Source: Woeseiaceae bacterium
GTDB taxonomy: Bacteria; Pseudomonadota; Gammaproteobacteria; Steroidobacterales; Woeseiaceae
Length of the DNA: 64,000 nt
Reading direction: 5' to 3'
Assembly: GCA_051007895.1 (NCBI GenBank)
Contig: JBPCYD010000336.1
Coordinates: 1,194 to 65,193, forward strand
Shown here: one piece after another, positions 35,611 through 45,264 of the stretch
Layout of the letters: each line of letters opens with the position of its first letter
Numbering within the stretch: the first letter of the stretch is position 1
Position numbers and translations under genes: made by a program
Notes under the pieces: generated by a model
What the model saw: the letters and a program-made list of their open reading frames with translations, nothing else
What the model was told of the DNA's origin: nothing
Database searches by the model: none

Positions 35611-37230
35611 TCACGACCATGGTTCCCTGACCCCACCGTAAGCGACTCCTGTCAATTGCGCCATATCCGTCTTATAGGTTGTGAGGTCGTCTGTGGAGAA
35701 ATCGCTTAGACACCGGTGGCCAGCTGCCCGGGCAAGGACGGTCATGAGCTCGACCGAAGCAGAGAAAAACCGTGCCAGGCGTTCGGCGGCAATTTCCACC
35801 GGCAGGCGCGCGCGCAAATGAGGTTTTTGGGTTGCAATGCCCACCGGGCAATTGTTGGTATGACATGCACGCATGCCAAGACAGCCGATCGCCTGGATGG
35901 CTGCATTGGAGACTGCAACGCCGTCCGCACCCAATGCCAACGCTTTGGCAAAGTCAGCCGGGTGCCGCAGGCCGCCCGTGATGATCAGCGTGACATCTGC
36001 TGCATTGCTGCCGTCGAGATGTCGGCGGGCGCGTGCCAGGGCCGGAATAGTTGGCACGGAAATATTGTCGCGGAAAATCAGCGGCGCGGCCCCGGTGCCG
36101 CCGCCGCGACCATCGAGGATGATGTAGTCGACGCCAATTTCCAGCGCGGCATCGATGTCCTTTTCAATGTGCTGCGCAGATAGTTTGAATCCAACGGGTA
36201 TACCACCTGTGTTCTCGCGGACCTCGGCTGCGAAATCCTTGTATTGTCGAATTTCGGTCCAGTCCGGAAAACGAGCGGGTGAAATGGCGGGCGTGCCAGC
36301 CTCGAGATCCCGGACTTCAGCAATCTTTCCCTGCACTTTTGATCCGGGCAGATGGCCGCCGGTGCCTGTTTTGGCGCCCTGTCCGCCCTTGAAATGAAAT
36401 GCCTGCGTCCTGTTTACCTTGTCCCAGGAAAAGCCGAATCGGGCAGACGCGAGCTCATAGAAGTACCGCGAATTTGCCGCCTGCTCTTCCGGCAGCATGC
36501 CTCCCTCTCCGGAGCAAATTCCGGTTCCCGCCAGCTCTGCACCCTTTGACAATGCCACCTTGGCCTCTTCCGACAGCGCCCCGAAACTCATGTCGGAAAC
36601 GAAAAGCGGTATGTCGAGCCGCAACGGCCTGGCCGCCTGCGGGCCGATAACGATACCGCTATCCACCTTCTCGTCATCAAGCAGCGGCAGCTTGTGCAGC
36701 TGACCAACGACAAACTGGAGATCCTCCCACTGCGGTAGCGAATCGCGAGATACGCCCATGGCGGCAGTAGGGCCGTGGTGCCCCAACTTGGTCAAACCCT
36801 CATTGGCGAGTTTGCGTATGAACTTCACATGCGGCTCGTCCTGCGTGCCGGTGTGATCCTGGTATTCGCCCTGGTACGCGTCCCGCTTATACGGTTGTGG
36901 ATGTTTTTCGGACCAGTCGCGAATCTCATCTTCATCGATAAGCACTGCACCCTTTTCAATCCACGAAGAAAACTTTGTCAGTGTCTCCGAGTGATTGTAT
37001 TCGCTCACGCCGGTGTCGAGCCTGTAGTCCCATCCGTGCACACCGCAAATAAGGTTCGGGCCATCAACGTGCCCGTCGGACATCAGGGCACCGCGATGCG
37101 CGCAACGCCCATAAAGGACTGAGACAGACTCGTCGTAACGAACAATGACCAGGTCGACATCGCCGACCAGGGCGTGTTGCGGTTCCCTGTCCGCCAGCTC
37201 ATCCAGTATTGCGATCTCAATCTTGTTCAA
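35611..37230 (-). CDS. Rieske [2Fe-2S] domain fused to a glutamate synthase-like FMN (GltB domain 2) oxidoreductase
   Basis: Rieske ligands CAHRG...CGVHGW in the N-terminal ~100 aa. Then GltS-FMN blocks: SDMSFGALS, FKGGQGAKTGTGGHLPG, LDGRGGGTGAAP, GGLRHPADFAKALALGADGV. TTG start supported by AAGGAAA 6 nt upstream. Confidence 0.8.
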   Translation of the reverse strand: MNKIEIAILDELADREPQHALVGDVDLVIVRYDESVSVLYGRCAHRGALMSDGHVDGPNLICGVHGWDYRLDTGVSEYNHSETLTKFSSWIEKGAVLIDEDEIRDWSEKHPQPYKRDAYQGEYQDHTGTQDEPHVKFIRKLANEGLTKLGHHGPTAAMGVSRDSLPQWEDLQFVVGQLHKLPLLDDEKVDSGIVIGPQAARPLRLDIPLFVSDMSFGALSEEAKVALSKGAELAGTGICSGEGGMLPEEQAANSRYFYELASARFGFSWDKVNRTQAFHFKGGQGAKTGTGGHLPGSKVQGKIAEVRDLEAGTPAISPARFPDWTEIRQYKDFAAEVRENTGGIPVGFKLSAQHIEKDIDAALEIGVDYIILDGRGGGTGAAPLIFRDNISVPTIPALARARRHLDGSNAADVTLIITGGLRHPADFAKALALGADGVAVSNAAIQAIGCLGMRACHTNNCPVGIATQKPHLRARLPVEIAAERLARFFSASVELMTVLARAAGHRCLSDFSTDDLTTYKTDMAQLTGVAYGGVREPWS

Positions 37231-37269
37231 TGTAGGTTTCCTTCTTAGACTGCGTTGCGAAAACCGGGA

Positions 37270-38031
37270 TTAGTCCGGGCATTGCACCGGCCAGCCTGGC
37301 GCCCGTTCGACGCCAAAACGTGCCTGTAGATCGGCAACCACTCCTTCTGCTTCGAGCACCGCCAGGCTGCCATTGATCCGGCTCTGAATTTCCGATTGCC
37401 CCAATGCCAAAACGAAACCGTAGTTTTCGTTGGCAATGCCTGCTGCCAGCACCTTAAGCCGTCCGTCTGACTCCCTTGCAGCGCCTACGGCGTCGAACTC
37501 ATCGACTATCCACGCATCAATGGAATCGTTTAGCAACGAGCTGACGCCCTCACCATCGTTGAGCGAAACATGCACGCCGTCGATTAACTGCATTGCCAGG
37601 AATGAAGTGCCTGTGCCGGACGCACCAATGCGCTTCCCTGCAAGGTCGGCCACCGTCTGCGGCTCTGACGAGCCACGCCTCACGACCGCGACCTGGCAGG
37701 TTGTAAAGTACGGGACAGAAAACAGATAGGTCTTCTGCCGCTCGGTCGTAATTCCGGTGGTCGCTGCAACCAGGTCGTGAGTCCCCGTCGTAAGCCCCGC
37801 AAACAGATCGGCATACGACAGCACAACGACTGCGGGTTCGTACCCGGCGTGAATCGCGACAGCTCGCGCAAGTTCTACATCAAACCCTGTCGCTCGACCT
37901 GAATCGTCGATCTGGTGAAAGGGCGCGAAAGTCGCGTCAGTGGCGATGCGTAATTCGGGTGGGGTCGTCTCTACACCGCACGCGGTCATTAACATCAGGC
38001 ACAGCGTGGGGATTGGGCGTGTTTTCTTCAT
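37270..38031 (-). CDS. Family-3 (amino-acid type) solute-binding lipoprotein
   Basis: Lipobox LMLMTAC and the ATDATFAPF...GFDVELARAVA signature of polar amino-acid SBPs. No permease or ATPase gene is adjacent. Confidence 0.75.
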   Translation of the reverse strand: MKKTRPIPTLCLMLMTACGVETTPPELRIATDATFAPFHQIDDSGRATGFDVELARAVAIHAGYEPAVVVLSYADLFAGLTTGTHDLVAATTGITTERQKTYLFSVPYFTTCQVAVVRRGSSEPQTVADLAGKRIGASGTGTSFLAMQLIDGVHVSLNDGEGVSSLLNDSIDAWIVDEFDAVGAARESDGRLKVLAAGIANENYGFVLALGQSEIQSRINGSLAVLEAEGVVADLQARFGVERAPGWPVQCPD

Positions 38032-38127
38032 TGCGGAAGATTATCATTTGCTTACCCGGTAACCCATCCCGTCATCGTGACAGGCGTGCGGCCCGGTAAA
38101 TGAATTGGACGTTCCAGGAGATTCCGA

Positions 38128-38628
38128 ATGACAATCCGACGCCTCTTGTTTATGAGTCTTCTGATACCTGTGCTGACAGCGGCACAGGATTCCGATCCAA
38201 CAATCGATTCAATAGAGGCTGTGCTCGACGATTTTCACGACGCGGCAGCGCATGGCGACAAGGCACGCTACCTGGGCCACATGACCAAAAACGGCGTATT
38301 TATGGGCACCGATGAATGGGAGCGCTGGCCAAAAAATCCGGATTTTACCGATTACGTCGACGGCCGTTTCAAAGATGGCGGCGGCTGGAGCTACCGGTCT
38401 GTCGACAGAAAAGTGCAGCTGTCAGAGTTTTCCAATGTAGCGTGGTTTGACGAAGTTGTTTTCTCGGAGACAAATGGCCGATTCCGCGGCACGGGCGTGC
38501 TGGTGCTTGAAGAGGGCGAGTGGAAGATTGCACACTACGCTATGTCATTCCTGGTGTTTAACGAGATCTGGGAAGACGTGATCAAACTAACAAAGCAAAC
38601 GCAGGCAGAGAAAGACAAGGCCAGGTAG
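38128..38628 (+). CDS. Secreted NTF2/SnoaL-like fold protein
   Basis: Signal peptide, then LDDFHDAAAHGDKARYLGHM...W.IAHYAMS, typical of the DUF4440/SnoaL-like fold. Confidence 0.55.
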   Translation: MTIRRLLFMSLLIPVLTAAQDSDPTIDSIEAVLDDFHDAAAHGDKARYLGHMTKNGVFMGTDEWERWPKNPDFTDYVDGRFKDGGGWSYRSVDRKVQLSEFSNVAWFDEVVFSETNGRFRGTGVLVLEEGEWKIAHYAMSFLVFNEIWEDVIKLTKQTQAEKDKAR

Positions 38629-38645
38629 CACAAGGAGTTTTCAGC

Positions 38646-38912
38646 GTGGCAGGTGGATTCGCGAAAGACGGGGCCGTTCAGGACCAGATTGATGCGACGG
38701 TCGAGGATGCGGTCAAGCGTGCCCGCGACAATTTGCCGCAGGGTGAAAGCCCGAAGGAGTGTGAGGCATGTGACAAACCGATTCCCGCTGCGCGACGGGA
38801 AGCCGTACCCGGCGTGCGGTTGTGTGTAGCCTGTCAGTCGGAACACGACAAGCAGGAGGCCAGGTTTTGTGGTTATAACCGGCGTGGCAGTAAAGACAGT
38901 CAGCTCAGGTAA
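38646..38912 (+). CDS. TraR/DksA-family C4 zinc-finger protein
   Basis: CEACDKPIP...RLCVACQ four-Cys finger. GTG start with AAGGAG 8 nt upstream. Confidence 0.75.
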   Translation: MAGGFAKDGAVQDQIDATVEDAVKRARDNLPQGESPKECEACDKPIPAARREAVPGVRLCVACQSEHDKQEARFCGYNRRGSKDSQLR

Positions 38913-39020
38913 CCTGGCAACCAAAACAGTTTAAACGAGGCGGACTGGCGAATTTCACCCGAGGTGCCGCGCATACCGCTATTGGCATGGTCCGATGGTA
39001 TTGAATAAAGGAAATTGGCT

Positions 39021-39596
39021 ATGATTCGTAACGGCAAATTCTGGACCGGTATGGCAGTGTTTCAGATCGCCTTCGGCCTGGGCGTTTTTGCGCTCACGCG
39101 ACAATACTACCTGGAACCGCCAACGCCGATCAGTAGTGCACCGGCTACATCGAACGACAGTGGGCCTGGCTGGTCGGAAAATATCACCGCGGCGAACCTG
39201 GAACAGTTCGACCTTTCGGTACCCAGTCAGACGGATATGCGGGATCCGGTCGACCTATCACGCCAGGCGAACAGCTATTTCGCCAACGGACAATATGCGC
39301 AGGCTGCCGACCTATACGAGAAATTGCTGGTATTCGGCCCTGACAACGCGGATACCTATAACAACCTCGGGCTGACCTTGCACTACCTCGGCCGCTCGGA
39401 TGAAGCGCTCGCTCGACTCAATGAGGGTATTGCCGCAGATGCAAGTCACCAGAGAACCTGGCTGACCATAGGCTTTGTCAATAGCCAGTTGGGCAATACC
39501 GAATCGGCGCGAACGGCCCTCACAAATGCCGTAGAGATGGGTGCGGACGCCGAGATCAAGCGTTCGGCTACGGAGATGCTGAACAGACTGCCCTGA
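39021..39596 (+). CDS. Membrane-anchored TPR protein
   Basis: One N-terminal TM helix, then 3-4 TPR units (ANGQYAQAADLYEKLL..., YNNLGLTLHYLGRSDEA...). Confidence 0.65.
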   Translation: MIRNGKFWTGMAVFQIAFGLGVFALTRQYYLEPPTPISSAPATSNDSGPGWSENITAANLEQFDLSVPSQTDMRDPVDLSRQANSYFANGQYAQAADLYEKLLVFGPDNADTYNNLGLTLHYLGRSDEALARLNEGIAADASHQRTWLTIGFVNSQLGNTESARTALTNAVEMGADAEIKRSATEMLNRLP

Positions 39597-39611
39597 AGCG
39601 GGCGCTCAATT

Positions 39612-39651
39612 CAGAACGAGCGGTAGCGATCATCGGAATCGTTCTGTTTTT
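39612..39651 (+). terminator. Rho-independent terminator
   Basis: CAGAACGA (39612-39619) pairs with TCGTTCTG (39639-39646) and is followed by TTTTT (39647-39651). The loop is long (19 nt). Confidence 0.55.
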
Positions 39652-39748
39652 CGAGTGCATCTGTTGTCATACTTCTCGCCCACAGTTTTACTCGCTAAGC
39701 TTGTCCTCTCTATGCACAAATATCGCGAACCCAAGGCCCCTGTGACGA

Positions 39749-41950
39749 ATGTTCATTAGTCGATCGACACTGATTTCGACGCTTTTAGCGAGTGCTCTCC
39801 TCCTTACGAGTGCGCTTGCTCAGGATGCCGCAGATATTGAGGAAACGGTCACGCCGGATCTGCAGGCACTGCAGTCCGATTGGTGGACCTACTTCGAGGG
39901 CCCGCGCGAAGATGTCGAAACGCGAATCGCTGCCATTGACGAAATCGTTAGTGCGCAGGTCGAAGATCTTGAGGTCCAGAACCAGGAGACGGCAAGGTCG
40001 CTGCTGGCAACCGTCCGCGAAAATTTCGTGGCCTATCTTAATGTACTGGACACAACGGACGTCGCAATGCCGGGACAGCCGCCGGAGGCAGCCAGCTATT
40101 TACTTGAGGAACTGCTGGAGCTCGCGGACGTTGCGCGCGAAGCGCGTACCAATGCTACTGAGGAAAGATTGGAGGTAGAGCGTGAAGAACGCACGCTGGC
40201 GGGAGCCAGGAGACAGCGTGATACCGCTTTCAGGGAATACGCCGCTTCAGCCGAAGGCGATGAGCGATGGCTATTGGCACTGAGACTGGTGCAGGCTCGC
40301 GTCGTGCAGGCAATATCGGCTGAGCGTCTTGAATTACTGACCGAAAGATATGAGGCCGGGACCGACTTTGCGGATGAGACAGAAGAGCGTGTTGATCTCG
40401 CACGCCAACGACTCGCACCGACGGGCAATGAGACGGAACTCGCGGATCTCGAACAACGCGTCGCCGTCGATGAAACAGCGGTTGCGGCAGCGCGAGCGGC
40501 GCTGGCATCCGCCCAGGTTGCCGCAAGCACACTCGACTCCGATACCGCACAGGGTCGATCTCAGGGTCGGCTGCAGCAACAGAGGTTTCTCACCGCGGAG
40601 ATTGATTTCGCCCTTGCCGAGGAACGTCGCGCGCGATCGAGCGCAAAATACTGGTGGACTGCATTAAGAACGGATACGAACGTAGATCTTGCTGTGCTCG
40701 AAACGCAGGTGCTCGAATGGTCGGAGTCGGTCAGGAACATCGAACAACGTGCGCCGGAGTGGCAAAGCGACACGGAAGCCGAATTGCTGGCCGTGCAAAG
40801 CCAGAATCGCGACGGACTTGATCAAACAGCAAACAATCTGCTCGACCAACGCCTCGAAACGGCACAAGAGACCCTCGCGAAAATAGTAGAGCTTGAGGCA
40901 ACCAGCGCTGATCTCGAACTGCTGATGCAGGTCGTGGACGGCGCAATTGCGGACTACTCCGGCGCATTCAGGTCTTGGTTATCAAGCATGAATCGTGCGA
41001 TCAAGACTGCCTTCATGCGCGTTACCGGTCTTGCCGACACGACGCTGTTCTCGGTCGGGGAGACGCCTGTAACGGGCGGCGATATCCTGCGTGTCATCAT
41101 CATCCTCGCCTTGGCGCTGCTGCTATCGCGCGGCATACAACTGGCCATTCGCCGCGTCGGAGACAGCGAATACAGTGGCACCCAGGCCTCGATGTATACC
41201 GTCGGTCGCCTTACTCACTATGCCATTGTCATTCTCGCGGTGTTTGTTGCGTTGACATCAATCGGGCTGGATTTCAGCAATCTTGCGCTCGTCGCCGGCG
41301 CGCTCAGTGTCGGCATCGGATTCGGGCTGCAGTCCATCGTTAACAATTTCGTATCCGGCCTGATTATTTTATTCGAGCACTCACTTCGGGTTGGAGACTA
41401 CATAGAACTCGACACCGAACTTACCGGTACAGTGAAAGCGATTAACGTCCGCAGTACGTTGATTAATACCAACGACAATATTGATATTGTCGTACCAAAT
41501 TCTGAATTTGTAACGACTCGACTAACAAACTGGACGCTGGGAGAAAGGATTTTACGAGTCAGGATTCCTTTCGGCGTAGCCTATGGCAGCGACAAGGAAT
41601 TAGTAAAGAAGGCTGCTATGGAGGCGGCCGCCGAAGTTCCGTATACACTAACCAACATGAAAGGCAGGGAAACCGATGTATGGCTGGTCGAGTTCGGTGA
41701 CAACAGCCTGAATTTCCTGCTGCTGGTCTGGGTCAATCGACAGGGTGCAAGACGGCCGACGCGAACCCGGGCAGCTTATCTTTGGGCGCTGGAAACTGCG
41801 CTTGGCAAATACGGAATCGAGATTCCATTCCCGCAACGCGACCTGCACCTGCGGTCCGGCTGGCCACCGAAAACCACCGACGACGAAATCGGCATATTTG
41901 AGGAATCTGAAATTGAATCCGCCATCAGCAACCTGGCGGAGAAACCCTGA
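39749..41950 (+). CDS. MscK/KefA-like large mechanosensitive channel
   Basis: Signal peptide, a ~400-aa coiled-coil periplasmic region, TM helices and the MscS core (NFVSGLIILFEHSLRVGDYIEL...GTVKAINVRST...VPNSEF). Confidence 0.8.
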   Translation: MFISRSTLISTLLASALLLTSALAQDAADIEETVTPDLQALQSDWWTYFEGPREDVETRIAAIDEIVSAQVEDLEVQNQETARSLLATVRENFVAYLNVLDTTDVAMPGQPPEAASYLLEELLELADVAREARTNATEERLEVEREERTLAGARRQRDTAFREYAASAEGDERWLLALRLVQARVVQAISAERLELLTERYEAGTDFADETEERVDLARQRLAPTGNETELADLEQRVAVDETAVAAARAALASAQVAASTLDSDTAQGRSQGRLQQQRFLTAEIDFALAEERRARSSAKYWWTALRTDTNVDLAVLETQVLEWSESVRNIEQRAPEWQSDTEAELLAVQSQNRDGLDQTANNLLDQRLETAQETLAKIVELEATSADLELLMQVVDGAIADYSGAFRSWLSSMNRAIKTAFMRVTGLADTTLFSVGETPVTGGDILRVIIILALALLLSRGIQLAIRRVGDSEYSGTQASMYTVGRLTHYAIVILAVFVALTSIGLDFSNLALVAGALSVGIGFGLQSIVNNFVSGLIILFEHSLRVGDYIELDTELTGTVKAINVRSTLINTNDNIDIVVPNSEFVTTRLTNWTLGERILRVRIPFGVAYGSDKELVKKAAMEAAAEVPYTLTNMKGRETDVWLVEFGDNSLNFLLLVWVNRQGARRPTRTRAAYLWALETALGKYGIEIPFPQRDLHLRSGWPPKTTDDEIGIFEESEIESAISNLAEKP

Positions 41951-42017
41951 TCTGCCAACCACCAGAACTCAATGCGGGTGGCCCACGCCTACACAAAGAA
42001 TAGTATTGGTGTGACTG

Positions 42018-43859
42018 TCAGGCGCCCGAACGCTTTTTTTCAATGCCAAATGATTTCATTTGGTAAGCGAGCGTGGAGGGCTTCATACCGAGCAGCTCGG
42101 CTGCACCCCCGGGTCCCCAGGTCTTCCAGTTGGCGTTTTCAAGCGCTGCCTTCAGGTTTGCCTTCTCAAATTCTTTAAGCTCTGCGACAGTAAGAAACCC
42201 ATCTGCATCTGCCGTCGTCAGAGCCTGCTCGGCATCCAGCGTCGTAGCCATACCTGGCACAGCAAGGTCCAACCTTAAGCGATTTCCCGGTGACGAGATT
42301 ACCGCGCGTTCGATGACGTTTTTGAGCTCGCGTATATTGCCTGGCCATTCGTGTTTACGCAGCGATGCTAACTGGGTTTGTGTAATTCGCATCGTGTCGC
42401 GACCGAGTTCGCAACATATCGACTCGAGAAAATGCAGTGCGAGTGGGGCAATATCCTCTAATCTGTCACGCAGGGGCGGAACGTCAAGCGGAAAGACACT
42501 GAGCCGATAGTATAGATCCTCGCGAAAGCGACCCGCCTTTATTTCGTCCATCAGGTTCCTGTTCGTAGCTGCAACTACGCGAACGTCGACACTTATTGTC
42601 TGGTCATCGCCAACCCGTTCAAATTCGCCCTCCTGCAGCGCTCGTAATAGCTTTCCCTGTTGGGACATAGGTATTTCACCGATTTCGTCAAGAAACAATG
42701 TCCCACCCGCGGCCAATTGCAATCGACCCACACGATCCTGATGCGCACCGGTAAATGCGCCGCGGACGTGACCGAAAAACTCGCTCTCGAATAGATCCTT
42801 TGGTATCGACGCGCAGTTAACCTTTACGAGCGGCATGCTGCAGCGATTGCTTTTGTTGTGTATGGCCCTGGCAATCATTTCCTTGCCAACCCCCGATTCG
42901 CCAAGAATCAGGACGCTGACGGGTGTGTCTGCGACTGCTTCAATCTGCGCAAGTGCCCGGCGTAGCGCTTCGCTTTCACCGATAATTTCTCCGAAATTTG
43001 CGGCAACATTTATCTCATCACGAAGATAGTCTCGTTCCTGTTCAAGTTGATCTTTAAGTTCCTTGATCTCATCAAAAGCCGCTTCGCGCTGTTGCTCGAG
43101 CTCTTTGCGAGCCGAGATATCACGAAACACGACAACGGCGCCGTCTGGCCTGCCGTTCTTCATGATCGGTGTGCTGGTGTATTCGACCGGCACTGGGTTT
43201 CCGTTTGCGTGCCAGAACACTTCGTCGTCGACGCAATGTACCTCGCCATCTTTCAACGCTGCATAAATTGGGCAGTCTTCTCTTGGATAGCTGCTGCCAT
43301 CGGCGTAGGAGTGATGATGAACATCATGTGCCCGTTGACCAATCACATCCACCGCCGCCCAGCCAACTATCGAATTCGCCGCCGCGTTGCCGAACGTAAT
43401 CGAACCGTCGCAGTCAAGACCATAAATTCCCTCACCGGCTGCATCCAAGATCAGACTTTGCTGGGTTTGCAGTGCTTCCAGTTGCTCCATGGCGTCACGA
43501 TACAAACTGACGTCCGTGGCGGTGACTACGACGCACGGTTGATCGTCGTCGTGCTGCCTGGCACGCCAGGCGCCAATGCGACAAGGAAGAATTCCCGCGG
43601 ACAACTTGAGGCCGATAGCCGCATTCACGATTGGCTCGCCTTTGCTGATCACAGCGGAAAAACGCTCTGACAACTCCGGATCGCTATCGAAATCGAACAA
43701 ATCTTTCGCGGACAAAGCTTTGCTCTGTGCAACTTTTTTATCGAGGCGATTCCGCCAGGCACCTGCCATGTTCTGGCAGACAAGCGCCTCGTCCAGCACC
43801 AGCACCAGCGAAGGTGCGTCCTCGAACAGCCATCCGTGATGGTTTGCAGTCATATGCAT
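42018..43859 (-). CDS. Sigma-54-dependent transcriptional activator with N-terminal PAS domains
   Basis: AAA+ core [14 protein letters not shown] loop (VRGAFTGA), ESEFFGH, and a C-terminal Fis-type HTH. Two PAS-like segments lie upstream. The ATG at 43859 or 43853 is preferred over the track start at 44039. Confidence 0.85.
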   Translation of the reverse strand: MHMTANHHGWLFEDAPSLVLVLDEALVCQNMAGAWRNRLDKKVAQSKALSAKDLFDFDSDPELSERFSAVISKGEPIVNAAIGLKLSAGILPCRIGAWRARQHDDDQPCVVVTATDVSLYRDAMEQLEALQTQQSLILDAAGEGIYGLDCDGSITFGNAAANSIVGWAAVDVIGQRAHDVHHHSYADGSSYPREDCPIYAALKDGEVHCVDDEVFWHANGNPVPVEYTSTPIMKNGRPDGAVVVFRDISARKELEQQREAAFDEIKELKDQLEQERDYLRDEINVAANFGEIIGESEALRRALAQIEAVADTPVSVLILGESGVGKEMIARAIHNKSNRCSMPLVKVNCASIPKDLFESEFFGHVRGAFTGAHQDRVGRLQLAAGGTLFLDEIGEIPMSQQGKLLRALQEGEFERVGDDQTISVDVRVVAATNRNLMDEIKAGRFREDLYYRLSVFPLDVPPLRDRLEDIAPLALHFLESICCELGRDTMRITQTQLASLRKHEWPGNIRELKNVIERAVISSPGNRLRLDLAVPGMATTLDAEQALTTADADGFLTVAELKEFEKANLKAALENANWKTWGPGGAAELLGMKPSTLAYQMKSFGIEKKRSGA

Positions 43860-43879
43860 CACCCCAGTTTTTTGAGTAT

Positions 43880-43917
43880 ATGACCACAAAAAACTGATGA
43901 CCACAATTTTCTGTGGT
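43880..43917. promoter_or_regulatory. Candidate activator binding sites (UAS): ATGACCACAA direct repeat plus ACCACA-N6-TGTGGT palindrome
   Basis: ATGACCACAA occurs at 43880-43889 and 43897-43906. ACCACA (43900-43905) and TGTGGT (43912-43917) form an inverted repeat. The sites lie about 70-107 nt upstream of the predicted sigma-54 start site. Confidence 0.35.
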
Positions 43918-43960
43918 TTTTGTTTCTCGTAAGTCATTGTTTTTATTACACGTCCGGTGT

Positions 43961-43976
43961 TGGCATGGTTACTGCA
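43961..43976 (+). promoter_or_regulatory. Sigma-54 (-24/-12) promoter
   Basis: TGGCATGGTTACTGCA compared with the consensus TGGCAC-N5-TTGCA. The GG-N10-GC spacing is exact. It lies 33-50 nt upstream of the candidate ATGs of the next gene and is divergent from a sigma-54 activator gene. Confidence 0.65.
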
Positions 43977-44008
43977 ATAGCTATAGCAAATCAACCACGA
44001 AATCACCG

Positions 44009-44584
44009 ATGGAAATGACAATGTGCATGACGACGTCACTTACGAGCGAGACAAAAAGCAGCAGGATTCTGCAGGCCGTTTTCTTCATCACCGCTATGAC
44101 GTCCATCTCACTGCACAACAGCTTTGCGCTGGCGGCGGTCGTCGCTCCGAATTCCGTTCGCGTGTTGGGCGAGGTTGGTCGCATCGAGGACACCACCCTG
44201 ATTGCCGGGACCTTCACTGTTCGGCCTCCCCGTCGGTTTGGAATCAGCCGACTTGAAGCGACATTGGGAGGACTCACAACTTCCGAAGAATCGAGATCTT
44301 TTATTTCTTTCGGTCCTGTTTGGGGTACGCCAATCACCGGCGATGCTTTCTATTTCGAGTTTGGCATTAGCCCGACCTTGCTCGGCGGATCTTCAATTAA
44401 CGGATCCGATATTGGTGGCAACTTTCACTTCACATCATCAGCGTCAATCGGAAGAACGTTTGGTGTAACGGGCACTTTCACTTTGGCGCTGCGTGTTCAA
44501 CACACATCCAACGGTGGCCTCTCCAGCGACAACCCTGGCATTGACATGGTTGGCCTGAATTTATCGATGAACATTTGGAATTGA
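44009..44584 (+). CDS. PagL-like acyloxyacyl hydrolase (lipid A deacylase family) outer-membrane protein
   Basis: Signal peptide ...SLHNSFALA, beta-strand-rich, with the conserved block RVQHTSNGGLSSDNPGIDMVGLNLSM (H-x-S-N motif). Several in-frame ATGs at 44009-44027 make the start ambiguous. Confidence 0.6.
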   Translation: MEMTMCMTTSLTSETKSSRILQAVFFITAMTSISLHNSFALAAVVAPNSVRVLGEVGRIEDTTLIAGTFTVRPPRRFGISRLEATLGGLTTSEESRSFISFGPVWGTPITGDAFYFEFGISPTLLGGSSINGSDIGGNFHFTSSASIGRTFGVTGTFTLALRVQHTSNGGLSSDNPGIDMVGLNLSMNIWN

Positions 44585-44610
44585 TAATTGACTTCCACAG
44601 GAGAACAGGC

Positions 44611-44808
44611 ATGACAAATCGAATAGCGCTTATTGAACAGCAAGAAAACCCGGACCAATCATTTACGGATGCCGATTACGGTGAACTGCCGGTCACCGCG
44701 CAAATCGGCGCGCTGGAAGCCTATCGCGCATTTGATGACGGCACATTGGCCGAGGCGCCTTTCGCTCTGGCGGCCTACGTTTCGAGTCAACAGCAGTTCA
44801 GCGTCTAA
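44611..44808 (+). CDS. Small acidic hypothetical protein
   Basis: 65-aa ORF with a GGAGAA RBS before the ATG at 44611, packed inside the operon. No family recognised. Confidence 0.4.
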   Translation: MTNRIALIEQQENPDQSFTDADYGELPVTAQIGALEAYRAFDDGTLAEAPFALAAYVSSQQQFSV

Positions 44809-44820
44809 GGATTCGTATTC

Positions 44821-45231
44821 ATGCAACGTCTACCACTACCGCCATTCACCTACCAATCAGCATTGGCGAAAGTCAAAGCCGCAGAGGATGCGTGGAATAC
44901 CCGCGATGCGCGAACGGTAGCGCAAGCTTATACCGTCGACTCGGCCTGGCGAAACCGCGATGAGTTTTTCTCTGGTCGAGCCGCAATTGAGGAATTCCTG
45001 ACAAGAAAGTGGGCGCTCGAACTTCACTATCGCCTGACGAAAGAGCTGTGGGCCTTTACCGATAACCGGATTTCTGTGCGCTTCGTATACGAATGGCAGC
45101 ACGCAAAGACGGGACGATGGTACCGAACACATGGAAACGAACACTGGGAATTTAATCCGGACGGATACATGCGGCGGCGCGACATGAGTGCCAATGACAT
45201 TGAAATTGGCGCGGATGAACGACGCCTCTAG
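44821..45231 (+). CDS. DUF1348 (NTF2-like) protein
   Basis: [43 protein letters not shown] and [12 protein letters not shown] match the DUF1348 signature as I recall it. Confidence 0.7.
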   Translation: MQRLPLPPFTYQSALAKVKAAEDAWNTRDARTVAQAYTVDSAWRNRDEFFSGRAAIEEFLTRKWALELHYRLTKELWAFTDNRISVRFVYEWQHAKTGRWYRTHGNEHWEFNPDGYMRRRDMSANDIEIGADERRL

Positions 45232-45264
45232 TACCGGTACACCTGCACATTATTGGAGAACATC

